Assembly (NCBI RefSeq): GCF_001194135.2
Contig: NC_068994.1
Coordinates: 42,935,904-42,999,903, forward strand
Source: Octopus bimaculoides
Taxonomy: Eukaryota
Length of the DNA stretch: 64,000 nucleotides
Reading direction: 5' to 3'
Below the pieces are notes generated by a model, which saw only the letters and a program-made list of their open reading frames with translations, was not told where the DNA came from and searched no databases. Shown one piece after another: positions 40,775 to 54,269 of this stretch. How positions within the stretch are numbered: the first letter of the stretch is position 1; each line of letters begins with the position of its first letter. Position numbers and translations under genes: made by a program.

Positions 40775-40994
40775 GGCATTACTACAGAATAATGCCACAC
40801 ACTAGACTTCCCAAATAAACACATTTTAGTACCGAATGCGAGGAAAAACAGCTTTTGAAAGAAACCAACATTTAAAAAAAAATAAACCCAACTATGTATC
40901 GGCCGATTTCACGATTACCAGAATTAAATCTAGTTTCCGTTTGTCAGCATAGTATAGTATCAACATATACGAATAAACAGAATTCTCACCTTAC

Positions 40995-41048
40995 CAAAAC
41001 GAACACGCATGTATCCGGCCCAGCAAAGGGAATGATGTTCATCCACAT
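40995..41048 (-). CDS. Candidate alternative first coding exon (MWMNIIPFAGPDTCVFVL)
   Basis: ATG at 41048 lies in a CpG-rich unique patch and is followed by tandem donors TTG|gtaagg (40995) and AAG|gtgaga (40990). No strong acceptor immediately upstream. It could be non-coding. Confidence 0.28.
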
Positions 41049-41704
41049 ACGTCGGTAAAAAATATATATATATATAAAGACGATAAAAAATGTCCGGTGG
41101 TCAACTAGCAATTAGCACCAGATGTCAGAACCTATGGACACATGGAATTATGAAACTAACTAATTATAAGACCATGGATTTAACTAACTCTCTTTCCTTC
41201 TATCCTCCAACTGATATGTTGAATTATAGACTACTGAATTAACGAACATTTTTCCTTTTTTCCCCTTCTCTTCCTCACATGGTTCTGGGTTCAGTCCCAC
41301 TACATAGCACCTTGGGCAAGCATCCTTTACAATAGTCTCGGGCTGACCAAAGCCTTCCAAGCAGATAAAAAACAAAAAGAAGCCCATCGTATATATGTGT
41401 GCACGTGTGTGTGTGCACGTGTGTGTGAGTGTGTGTGTGTTTGCGTGTATGTATGTATGTATGTATGTATATACTTATGTGTGTATTTTTGTGTCTGTGT
41501 TTGTACTTCAATACTGTTTAACAACTGGTCAAATAAGTCCTGGGGTTGATTTGTTCGACTAAAACCCCTCAAAGCCATGCCCCAGCATGGATTCAGTCAA
41601 ATGATTGAAACAAGTAAAAGAGAAAAGGTAAGAGATATGTATATTAACAGACATATAGAGAGAAGGAGAGAAGGAATAGATAGATAGATATAGAGTTATA
41701 CCTG

Positions 41705-41742
<38 letters not shown>

Positions 41743-42852
41743 CATACCTGTGCATCCATTTACATTGGCAGCACAGCAATGACCTTTCTTTATTCTTTAT
41801 GTACAATATAAATAGAAGAGTTTCTGTAGCTCAGCTGCTCAAGCCTGTGGAATTCGGTATGTGACTGAAAAACAAGGGTTGACATCAAGAAAGCTATTTG
41901 GCCAGTGACCACTGCCTCGAGATGTCTCGTCCAATCTATGTCAGAATTTATAAAGGGAGTGTGGTGGGCATGATGGTGATGGGTGTGGTGTGGCTGTGGT
42001 GGTGGTGGTGGTTGTAGTATTGCGGTGAGGATACTGATAATGGAAATGACAATGATGATGATGAGGACGATGACGACGATGACGATGACGATGATAGTGG
42101 TGGTGGTGGTGGTGATAGTGATGATGATGGTGGTGGTGGTGGTGGTGGTGGTTATGATAATGATGATGATGATGATGACATTCAGTAGAAGACAAACCAT
42201 AAATTAGATATATAACTTGAATTTAGAATTCAAACAAGTGATCTTTACTATAAATTTTACGTATGCACACACACACACACACACACACACACTAATATAT
42301 AATACATATATATATATATATATACATATACACCATAAGTAAAATTCATATAAATTTATGTGTGAGAGGGAGAGNNNNNNNNNNAAATCGTCCAACCCAT
42401 GCTAGCATGGAAAGCGGACGTTAAACGATGATGATGATGATGATGATGATATGTATACATACATAGATATACATACATAGATACACATACATATGGATAT
42501 AAATACATATATGTATATACATACACACACACACACACATACATACACACATATATATATATATAGTTTTTACTCCTAAAATCTCTTCTACTCTTCTAAC
42601 TCTAACCTAACCAGGATGAAACACAATATATGTGTATCTCTTGGCAGAAATTGATAAACAAAGTCAAAAATTTTCAAAAAAAAAAAAAAAAAAAAAAAAG
42701 AAAGAAATTAGAAAAGAATCAAAATAAAAGTTAAATCACTTTAAAACATAATTTAAAAATAAATCTGGATATATGAAATAAAAAAAAAAGAACAAAACAG
42801 ATAAGATATTGAGATATAAGACACATATCAAAACATATGAAAGGAGAAATAC

Positions 42853-42883
<31 letters not shown>

Positions 42884-43477
42884 NNNNNNNNNNNNNNNNN
42901 NNNNNNNNNNNNNNNNNNNNNNNNNNNNNNNNNNNNNNNNNNNNNNNNNNNNNNNNNNNNNNNNNNNNNNNNNNNNNNNNNNNNNNNNNNNNNNNNNNNN
43001 NNNNNNNNNNNNNNNNNNNNNNNNNNNNNNNNNNNNNNNNNNNNNNNNNNNNNNNNNNNNNNNNNNNNNNNNNNNNNNNNNNNNNNNNNNNNNNNNNNNN
43101 NNNNNNNNNNNNNNNNNNNNNNNNNNNNNNNNNNNNNNNNNNNNNNNNNNNNNNNNNNNNNNNNNNNNNNNNNNNNNNNNNNNNNNNNNNNNNNNNNNNN
43201 NNNNNNNNNNNNNNNNNNNNNNNNNNNNNNNNNNNNNNNNNNNNNNNNNNNNNNNNNNNNNNNNNNNNNNNNNNNNNNNNNNNNNNNNNNNNNNNNNNNN
43301 NNNNNNNNNNNNNNNNNNNNNNNNNNNNNNNNNNNNNNNNNNNNNNNNNNNNNNNNNNNNNNNNNNNNNNNNNNNNNNNNNATATATATATATATATATG
43401 CTTATATATATATATACTTGTGTATTTGTGCATTATACATAAAATGTATTTATATGTCAATACGTATATACATATAC

Positions 43478-43509
<32 letters not shown>

Positions 43510-43763
43510 GCACATATTCATGCACATACACACACACACACACACATATATATTAAATGATGGGTTGCAAGTGAGACTTTCTAGTTGTACCAAACCAAAT
43601 TATACATAAGAATGTGTCTAAGTGCAATTAATAAAAACATTATATAAGTGTATTTGTATATGTACATGTATGTGTGTATGCAGACGCACACAAACACAGA
43701 CACATAAGTCCATATGCATACATACATATGTACATACATTCATACAAGCATAAATATGTACAA

Positions 43764-44110
43764 ATCGTCGTTTCGTTTCGTTTAACGTCCGCTTTCCATG
43801 CTGGCATGGGTTGGACGATTTGACTGAGGACTGGTGAACCAGATGGCTACACCAGGCTCCAATCTGATTTGGCAGAGTTTCTACAGCTGGGTGCCCTTCC
43901 TAACGCCAACCACTCCGAGAGTGTAGTGGGTGCTTTTACGTGCCACTGGCACGAGGGCCAGTTACATGGTACTGGCAGTGGCCATGCTCAAAATGGTGTA
44001 TTTTACATGCCACCTGCACAAGAGTCAGTCCAGTGGCACTGGCGATGTCCTCGCTCAAATATCTTTTCATGTGCCACCGGAACAAGTGCTAGGAAAGTGA
44101 TGCTGGTAAC
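43764..44110 (-). mobile_element. SINE/short retroposon carrying an RTE-type 3' tail
   Basis: The 3' tail GTCCAACCCATGCCAGCATGGAAAGCGGACGTTAAACG is shared with 23790-23870 and 42385-42450. Confidence 0.7.
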
Positions 44111-44758
44111 GATCACGGAATAGATATATATAATTATATATACATACATATATATAGAGAGAGATTTGTATATATGCATATGCCTACATATATATCTGTT
44201 TATTTGAGCCACTTAATACACTTCATTCATATACACAAATATATACATAAGGTATGATGTAATCACACAGGTGTGTATTTGAGTGTGCCTCAGAAGTCCA
44301 CTTCCTAGCCTCATGGTTCTAGGTTCAATCCCACTGCATGTCAACTTGGGCAAACATGTCTTTTAGAAAAACCCTAGGCTGAACTCAGAACCATGTAGCT
44401 GGGAAGCAAACTTCTTACCACACTGTTATGTCTCAAGCTACTGCTATCTAGCACCTTCGGATGATCTCTACTCAACCGCTACAAGACTGCTACTCAACTC
44501 CTCTACCACGGCTAGACTACCTCTATTTATATGTCTTGGGTGATCCTACTTCTTCGCTTGGGGGCGTCGACACAACACACACAAAACATTTTTTACTCAT
44601 AGAATTTCAAGAAATCTTCACATCTATATAAGATAGCTGCAGATAATTTTACTTTTCTGTTCCAGACAACAATATCAGTTCTGTTAAATCGGCATTTGAT
44701 AGGAATGTACTATCTAGGATTTTGTTTTGAAGCACTATATATGTACTTAGTACTGAGT

Positions 44759-44795
<37 letters not shown>

Positions 44796-45085
44796 GGGGG
44801 GAGAGGGAGAGAGNNNNNNNNNNNNNNNNNNNNNNNNNNNNNNNNNNNNNNNNNNNNNNNNNNNNNNNNNNNNNNNNNNNNNNNNNAGAGAGAGAGAGAG
44901 AGGGGAGAGAGAGAGAGGGATAGAGAGAGAGAGAGAGAGGGGAGAGAGAGAGAGAGAGAGAGAGAGTTATCTAATACATATCTCAGTAAAAGCAGCCTTC
45001 CATATGCAGTAAGTTTCATGGTATTCAGTGCTGCTGTAATATTTTTATGTACTATTACCAAAGGGCTTGACTTGGCCATCTATCC

Positions 45086-45135
<50 letters not shown>

Positions 45136-45659
45136 GCTCAAAATTAGAAATTTTTTTTCTATGTGTACATACAATGTGCATGCGCATGCACACATATGCA
45201 CATGCACGCAAACACACACATACATTCACAGATACATACACGCGCAAACACACATGCACACACATTTTCTCTGCTCCTTCCATTCTCTCTCTCTCTCTCT
45301 CTTTATCTATATCGATCTATCTATCTATCTATCTATCTACCTATCTATCTATCTATCTATCTATCAATCAATTTCTCTCACTCACTCATTCACTCACATA
45401 TATGTTAAACCAGAGCCAAAGCATGAGCTGGCTTTTGGCACAAAATACTATTTGTGCTGTTGATGTTTGTTAAAGAAACAGGGTCCAGCTAAATAGATTA
45501 AATTAATACAAGAGGCTAATTATCAGCATCACTACAAGCAATGAAATTGCACGCATATAATTAAGGGAGCCTATTTATAACAACTTTAATTAATAAGTTT
45601 AGTTATTAATTTAATTAATTTAGTCATTTTTAGCTAACCTTACTTTACAACCTCCTATG

Positions 45660-45952
45660 TTGATGTTGGCACTCCGTCGCTTACGACGTCGAGGGTCCCA
45701 GTTGATCGATCAACGGAAACAGCCTGCTCATGAAATTAACGTGGCTGAGCACTCCACAGACACGTGTACCCTTAACGTAGTTCTCGGGGATATTCAGCGT
45801 GACACAGTGTGACAAGGCTGACTCTTTGAATTACAGGCACAACAGAAACAGGAAGTAAGAGTGAGAGAAAGTTGTGGTGAAAGAGTACAGCAGGGTTCGC
45901 CACCATCCCCTGCCAGAGCCTTGTGGAGCTTTTTAGGTGTTTTCGCTCAATA
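45660..45952 (-). mobile_element. Interspersed repeat (SINE family D body), truncated by a gap
   Basis: CpG-rich, repeat-like segment recognised from recollection of Octopus repeats. A likely related tRNA-like head lies at about 37520-37622 (-). Not confirmed by search. Confidence 0.55.
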
Positions 45953-46461
45953 NNNNNNNNNNNNNNNNNNNNNNNNNNNNNNNNNNNNNNNNNNNNNNNN
46001 NNNNNNNNNNNNNNNNNNNNNNNNNNNNNNNNNNNNNNNNNNNNNNNNNNNNNNNNNNNNNNNNNNNNNNNNNNNNNNNNNNNNNNNNNNNNNNNNNNNN
46101 NNNNNNNNNNNNNNNNNNNNNNNNNNNNNNNNNNNNNNNNNNNNNNNNNNNNNNNNNNNNNNNNNNNNNNNNNNNNNNNNNNNNNNNNNNNNNNNNNNNN
46201 NNNNNNNNNNNNNNNNNNNNNNNNNNNNNNNNNNNNNNNNNNNNNNNNNNNNNNNNNNNNNNNNNNNNNNNNNNNNNNNNNNNNNNNNNNNNNNNNNNNN
46301 NNNNNNNNNNNNNNNNNNNNNNNNNNNNNNNNNNNNNNNNNNNNNNNNNNNNNNNNNNNNNNNNNNNNNNNNNNNNNNNNNNNNNNNNNNNNNNNNNNNN
46401 NNNNNNNNNNNNNNNNNNNNNNNNNNNNNNNNNNNNNNNNNNNNNNNNNNNNNNNNNNNNN

Positions 46462-46690
46462 CTCCACCAATCAAACTTCTCTTGCCAGTAACTCCCCCCA
46501 CCCCCTTGTCATTTCTCCACCAATCAAACTTTTTGCACTACTAATCACCCCCACCCTCACCTCACCTCTTTATCACTTCTCCACCAATCAAACTTTCGAC
46601 ATTACTATTAACACTGCGCCTCCCCCCCCGTCTATCACCACCATCTCCACACCTCTTATCATTTCTCCACTAATCAACTTTTAACATTAC
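46462..46690 (+). repeat. Irregular tandem array with the conserved unit TTCTCCACCAATCAAACTT
   Basis: Four copies starting at about 46462, 46515, 46579 and 46665, separated by C/A-rich variable spacers. The array runs into the upstream gap. Confidence 0.8.
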
Positions 46691-47246
46691 TTACACCTTA
46701 TTATTGCAATCTCCTTTATCACCCGTGTCTCTCTATGAATCAACTCCTGATACTATTTGCTTTCTATGATAACAACTCACAGTTAACTGTTTCAGAATTT
46801 ATGTTCACCACTCATCGCATTGTGTAGAGTGATTTATATGCAACAGTGATCTGCAGGTTGTACAATCAATACAAGGCAAACATAGGTTCACAGAGCCCAC
46901 ACTCTGAGATGACAGACCACCAAGACGAAAGGAAGTGATAAACATTTAGCTTAATAGAAATGAGAAACAACCAGAGGTATTTCAGCCATGACAATCTCAT
47001 ATTTAATTCCAGTTGCAGGCATATCTAGGACTATGAGGATCCAACATGTTCTCTCCATTTTGAAATATTAGACTGTGCAATAAGAGAATTTGACTGCTAT
47101 TTCTAGCATTTCAAGTGACCAAGCAAAGGCTCCCTAGTTGATTCCTGTGCACCTTTTGCTTTTGTTATGCGTTTGTGAATTTAAAATCATAATTTATTTT
47201 AGTGAATATAAGTTTTTGAATTATTAATCTTACTGAAGTATTTATA

Positions 47247-47459
47247 CAGAGTGTCCACAAAGTCTTGGTACATGGGGATTGACACATACTTTAAGAAATT
47301 TTCTGTTTCTTATATTTAATTGTTTATATTATGATTTTATTTACTCCATCTACCCACATGGGGATTAACACATACTTTAAAAAATTATTATTTCTTATAT
47401 TTAATTGTTTATGTTATGATTTTATTTACTCCATGTACCGAGACTTTGTGGACACCATG
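47247..47459. mobile_element. Tc1/mariner-type MITE with internal tandem duplication
   Basis: TA|CAGAGTGTCCACAAAGTCTTGGTACATGG...CCATGTACCGAGACTTTGTGGACACCATG|TA. An internal ~85-bp block (cacatactttaa...tttactccat) is repeated twice. Confidence 0.85.
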
Positions 47460-47920
47460 TATATATATATATTTTATGAACCTGGAATGATGGAAAGCAA
47501 AGTTAGTTTTATCCCTGTTTATTCTGTTAAAATTCCATTCACATCTGAAATATACTTATGGAAAGATTTAATAGATCCCAGTATTTAACTGGTACTTTAA
47601 TTTATTGAGTCATGAAAGATAAAAGCTAAAGTTAGACCCACCAAGTTTTACACATGGAGTACAGACAGATGTATATATTCTTTTATTCTGTTATTTGTTT
47701 CAGCCATTTGTCTATGGCCATGCTGGAGCACCACCTTCAGTTGAACAAATCGACCCCAGATCTTATTTTTTGTAAGCCTAGTACTTATTCTATTGGATTT
47801 TTTTGCTGAACTGCTAAGTTACAGGTATGTAAACACACCAACATAGGTTGTCAAGCAATATGGGGGGAGGGGCACAAACACAGATATATAAACACACACA
47901 CACACACACACACACGCACA

Positions 47921-47967
<47 letters not shown>

Positions 47968-48407
47968 CCTAGAAGAAAAAGCAATCAAATCTCCCTTAAT
48001 TTACTCCTTTTTAGCTTAAGAAAGGATAGGACAGAAAAGAAAATTTGACTGCTATTTCTAGTATATCAAGTGACCAGGCAAATGCTGCCACACTAACTTT
48101 TGTGTATCTTTTGCTTTTGTTATGTGCAACAGGAACAGTATCGATACCAAAAGTTAGTGTTTATCTCCATTTAAAAGTGGATGTTGTATTAGAACACAGG
48201 ATACTGCCATAATTGGCATGAGAGAACCTCTACAGGATTATGGTGCATATAAACACTCTTGTTTATATAGCTAGTGTGAGATAGATCACCTGCCATCACC
48301 ACCACTCCCAAGACTAGCAGATCACATGATTTCAGCCTTCCCTGGCTTTATCAATGGTAGACATTCAACCGCTAGATATAGCAGTGATATCTCTGCTATG
48401 CTGATAA

Positions 48408-49912
48408 ATATTCTTTTCTACTCGAGGCACAAGGCCCGAAAATTTGGGGGAGGTGGGGGGGGGGCAGTTGCTTAGATCAATTCCAGTATGCAACTGGTAT
48501 TTGATTTATTGACCCTGAAAGGATGAAAGGCAAAGTCAACCTCGGCGCAATTTGAACTCAGAACATAAAGACAGATGAAATACTGCTAAGCATTTCGCCC
48601 GGCATGCTAACATTTCTGCCAGCTCGCCGCCTTTATGCTGACAAATATTACCTTTCAAAAAAGAGGCAATTCTTGAAAGACAGCAGAGTTAATGCTGGAG
48701 TATCTGATATCATAGGTGTACTCAGTCAGAGTTGAGATGGAGCCAAACAGCAACGATTACTTACTTTAGCGATGAATATATTATGAAATTGGTTTTTCAA
48801 AAAGATATTTAATAGAAAGATTCAATTCCCTTTGCAAAATGATAAATAGCTAAAATAAATATAAATAAATATCGTGCTAACGATTCCACCAGCTCACTGC
48901 CTTATATAAAGTTATAAATAATAGCATTTAAATAAAGGGCTGGAAAACGCTTTTGGATAGAAAACATCGAAGGCTGGTATTTTCAACTCAATATTTACAT
49001 ACCTTTATTTGTAGCTTTATGTGCTCCGAGATCCACTGTGCCAAAATAAAATGTATTCCATGTTGTTTACTGATCTTATAATTGTCGTGCGTGTGTGCAC
49101 TTTCAAAGCAGAGAATGCGTCCAATAGCAAAAATTTCTTGTCTAAGGGAGGTAACTCTCTCAGTTTGTAAACATTGCTTATGCATCTTGGTTTAGTTGGC
49201 TAATGTAATAGTTTTCAAATTGTGGCACAAGGCCAGCAATTTCGGAGGCGGGTTTAAGTCAATTACATCGATCCTAGGACTCAACTGGTATTTATTTTAT
49301 CGACCACGAAAAGGATAAAAGGCAAAATCAACCTCAGCGGAATTTGAACTCAGAACGATAACACAGACGATGTGTCTCGAAATATTTTGCACGGCGTGCT
49401 AACGATTCCGCCGGCTTGCCGCCTTTAACATAATATCGTTTTCAAATATTAGCAAAAGGCCAACAGTTTCGGGGTGGGAGGAGGTAGCCTGTTAACATCG
49501 ACTCCAGTGTTCAAATGGTACTTATTAATCGACCTCGAAAGGATGGAAGACAACGTCAACTTCGGCTGAATTTGAACTTAGACCGTTAAGACGGGCGAAA
49601 CGCGCTAAGCACATAATAATACTTTCTATTATACTCAGAATGTGGGAGGAAGATAGTGGACTGTATCAACCCCAATATTTGCTTTACTAAGTCCAAGGCG
49701 GCGAGCTGACGGAAACGTTAGCACGCCGGGCGAAATGCTTAGCGGTATTTCGTTTGTCTTTACATTGTGAGTTCAAATTCCGCCAAGGTCGATTTTGTCT
49801 TTCATCCTTTCGGGGTTGATAAATTAAGTACTAGTTATGTACTAGGGTCGATCTAATGGACTGGTCCTCTTCCCAAAAATTTCAGGCCTTGTGCCTAGAG
49901 TTGAAAAGAATA
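48408..49912. mobile_element. Cluster of four SINE C copies (three minus, one plus)
   Basis: Copies at about 48408-48640 (-), 49190-49425 (-), 49430-49620 (-) and 49690-49912 (+). Confidence 0.85.
49003..49035 (-). CDS. Candidate 33-nt symmetric exon (phase 1-1: VDLGAHKATNK; phase 0: WISEHIKLQIK)
   Basis: Acceptor ttttattttggcacag| and donor AAG|gtatgt. Length is divisible by 3 and the exon is open in the phase left by the 61627-61783 exon. Confidence 0.4.
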
Positions 49913-52244
49913 TATAGATATATATTTATCTGTGTTATGTAGATGCGTGTGTAATGTAGAGGCACATAGAATACACAAAATACTNNNNNNNNNNNNNNNN
50001 NNNNNNNNNNNNNNNNNNNNNNNNNNNNNNNNNNNNNNNNNNNNNNNNNNNNNNNNNNNNNNNNNNNNNNNNNNNNNNNNNNNNNNNNNNNNNNNNNNNN
50101 NNNNNNNNNNNNNNNNNNNNNNNNNNNNNNNNNNNNNNNNNNNNNNNNNNNNNNNNNNNNNNNNNNNNNNNNNNNNNNNNNNNNNNNNNNNNNNNNNNNN
50201 NNNNNNNNNNNNNNNNNNNNNNNNNNNNNNNNNNNNNNNNNNNNNNNNNNNNNNNNNNNNNNNNNNNNNNNNNNNNNNNNNNNNNNNNNNNNNNNNNNNN
50301 NNNNNNNNNNNNNNNNNNNNNNNNNNNNNNNNNNNNNNNNNNNNNNNNNNNNNNNNNNNNNNNNNNNNNNNNNNNNNNNNNNNNNNNNNNNNNNNNNNNN
50401 NNNNNNNNNNNNNNNNNNNNNNNNNNNNNNNNNNNNNNNNNNNNNNNNNNNNNNNNNNNNNNNNNNNNNNNNNNNNNNNNNNNNNNNNNNNNNNNNNNNN
50501 NNNNNNNNNNNNNNNNNNNNNNNNNNNNNNNNNNNNNNNNNNNNNNNNNNNNNNNNNNNNNNNNNNNNNNNNNNNNNNNNNNNNNNNNNNNNNNNNNNNN
50601 NNNNNNNNNNNNNNNNNNNNNNNNNNNNNNNNNNNNNNNNNNNNNNNNNNNNNNNNNNNNNNNNNNNNNNNNNNNNNNNNNNNNNNNNNNNNNNNNNNNN
50701 NNNNNNNNNNNNNNNNNNNNNNNNNNNNNNNNNNNNNNNNNNNNNNNNNNNNNNNNNNNNNNNNNNNNNNNNNNNNNNNNNNNNNNNNNNNNNNNNNNNN
50801 NNNNNNNNNNNNNNNNNNNNNNNNNNNNNNNNNNNNNNNNNNNNNNNNNGTGTACATTTAAACACATAAGAGAGACGTCCATAATAGGACATCTAACCCG
50901 CTAGAAGGAGCAGTCAAATTCCAAACTAGAATTAAGGATAATTTGCTGCCGATAAGAAAAAAACTCCACATGCACGGTAGATATGAACAGCACAAGGAAT
51001 GTTTCTATGTAGTACCTCGTTTTGCAAAATATTATTCTATTTTGCTAAAAATAGCTTGAAACCATGGTCCAGGAAATAGATGGCAAATGTTTTTATTTTT
51101 CATTCCCTTTCGAAATTATGGACACCAGATGTTGGAAGAAAAAGTGTTTTATTTTATGGGGATACATAAAAGGAAACTGAGTCAGAGATAATCTTATGAA
51201 GACATTGTAAGAATTTGTTGAAAATTAATATGAGTTGGGCAGATAAAAGGATACAATGAGGAGCAATGTGATGCATGATAGACCAGTACCCCAAACTCAC
51301 AGAAAGAGAAAAACAGATGTATGGATGACAATGAGGATGATGATGATGATGATGATGAAGATGGGGGAGGTACAGTGTGTGTGTGAGTGCATGCATGTGT
51401 GTGTTTGTGTATGTATGTATAAATGTATGTATATATGAATGCATGTATATATATACATTTATACATACATGCATATCTGCATGAATGCATGCATGCAGGC
51501 ATCCATTTTTTTGGCAAACTACACTTTGGAGGGTCATGGGAGTAGAGTTCACAGGCACTTCCTCCTAGGGTCCTATCAAAAGCAACTGCAATGCGACTTT
51601 CCAGCTAGATTACAAAACTCGCAAGCATGACCGACTATATGTGTTTGTGTGTGTGCTTCTGTATGCACATATATATGTGTGTGTGTCTGTGTTTGTACAC
51701 ACTCACACACAAACGCACACACATCTACAGAAGTACTAAGTTTTGTTGATGCTTGTTTTAAAACAACTTACATAATTTGAAAGAATTCACAGATAAAAAA
51801 AAAATACGGTAAGCTGGACCTGATGAAGAGGACTTGATGTGTTTTAGTAAACACTAAAAGAAGCACTACCTCAGCTTCACTGTAGTATAATGACTGAAGC
51901 AAGTGAAAAATATCAAACTTGTGAGTGGATTTGGTATACGGAAACTGAACGAAGTCTCTTGTGTGTGCATGTATATATATATATATATTAAAGATAAATA
52001 AAAATGAAAATGCCAATTTAAAAAAAAAATTTGGGGGGTGTTTAAATTAATTTACATTACATGTTTCGGTTTTTTTGAAAGACCTTATCAAAAATGAGTA
52101 TAAAATATGTGAGAAGAGAAGAGGGCTATTAATAAAATAAAATTGAAATTAAAATTAAGAATGACATTCATTGTTTACTGTTATTTCTTGCATGTGCACG
52201 TAGTCCTTTCATTCCGATCGGAGGGCATGGAAATTCCAACTTAC

Positions 52245-52283
<39 letters not shown>

Positions 52284-52872
52284 GCACAAACACATATGTA
52301 TTTGTGTGTCTGTGTTTACATCCCCGTAACCTAGCAGTTCAGCAAAAGAGACCGATAGAATAAGTACTAGGCTAACAAAGAATAAGTCCTTGGATAGATT
52401 TGTTCGGCCGCCATCAAATGACTGAAACGAGTAAAAGTGTAAGAAAAAAATGAAATAAAAGAATAAATAATGGTAGCAGCAAAAATTTACTTGAATTGGT
52501 AAAGGAATTTACTCCAGAATATTTTTTATAAGTTATCTCCCTTGCTAAAATATATCCTCTTATTGTGATTAATAATATATGGAAGTAGGAACGATTAGGA
52601 TTGTACCATAATAGACAGATCTTCGAATAGGTTTACGTTATATTACGTCTTCTTTTTCCCCGCGACTTCATATTTTCCGAGTCGATAGATAGTATTTTCC
52701 TCTCTGAAACTGGTCCTGAGTATCTACTAATTATCTTAAACCTTTGAGCAAGGTAATCTTTGTCAAACTTGATGAGTCTTTTTCTAGTAGAAATAATTAT
52801 GAACTATAATAATCAACTGGCTCACATATACAAATACACACTTTTATAATACACACGCACATATCTATCTAG

Positions 52873-52974
<102 letters not shown>

Positions 52975-53956
52975 TTGTGTTTTTTTTACTCTTTAAAAGG
53001 GTGAAAAACCCCTTTGATCATGAACGACCATGGTATTGCACCTAGAAAGTTACCCTGCGAGGCACAAGTCCAGGCAAAGTTGAACTTGCAGTATCCTTGA
53101 TGCTGGCAAAGTTGATAAGTCCCACATTGATCAGTATGAGTGTTGATACAATAATTAACATGTTGAGTACCAGAACTCGTATGGTCAACTGTTGTCTGCA
53201 CAAACTTTGTGGGGTTCTATATGTCCAAAACTCATTATTCAAAGAGACTGATAGAATGACAGAATTGACAGTGCTCTAGATAAGAGACCATTGTAGTTTT
53301 CAAGAATCTTACATGCATTCTAAATTCAAATCATAATTGGGTTGATTTTTGCATTTTCACCTCTCTGAAGTGGGATGGCACTGAATAATTACTTCATAAA
53401 ATTTCAATATTTGACTGTAACAGTGATTTCCAATGCAGGTATAAAGCTAGCAAATTAGAAGGAAGTGCTAGTTGATTAAAATAACCAGAGTATTTGTGTG
53501 GTACTATATTTTACCAAACAGACACATCATCATAATTTCAAAGCTACAAGATGATAGATGATTAATTCAAAACAATTTGAATAAATAAGCACTACCATTG
53601 ACAGAATAATCTGGATGCTCAAGGGTTAAAGAAACTGAGCGAACGAGAACAGTATGTTTGTCTTAGTATAAAGAAAGAAAGTCCCCAATTAAGCATTTAT
53701 CGTATATCCATACCCATGTGATTAAGAAGGTTGCTTTCCAGGTGTGTGGTTCCAGATACATTGATTTGAAGAGTTACGTCCCTTTACACCAAACTGGTCT
53801 TTTTCAAAATATATACTTGACTGGAAACAAATGTAATCCAGTAAAAATTTTGAAAGACGTGTCTTATCATAGCATGCAGTCCAGTGACAGAAACCAGTAA
53901 ATCAGTTAAAGAATATATACATACAGACACATACACACGCAAACACACACTCACAA

Positions 53957-53992
<36 letters not shown>

Positions 53993-54269
53993 CACTGTTC
54001 AAATTTACAGAAAACAAGATGACGACAAGTGAGGGAACAACAACCAGGTTTATTAGTTTGTCACTCAGGAAGAATGGAAAAGTCTTTGATGTTTTGAGCT
54101 TAAGCTCTTTAACAGAAAGGGATAAGAGGAAAAGAATAAAGGGGGAGAGAACGAAAAACACAGAGAGTAAAAAAATGTGTAGGGATTAACGGTTCAACAT
54201 AATATATACATACATATACACATACATACATGGTTTAAAAAAATACAAGAGGAAGAGGACAGCTATGGA

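Noticed and set aside
46462-46690. CRISPR-like repeat/spacer appearance
   Set aside because: Eukaryotic context, no cas genes, irregular low-complexity spacers, and a non-palindromic repeat.
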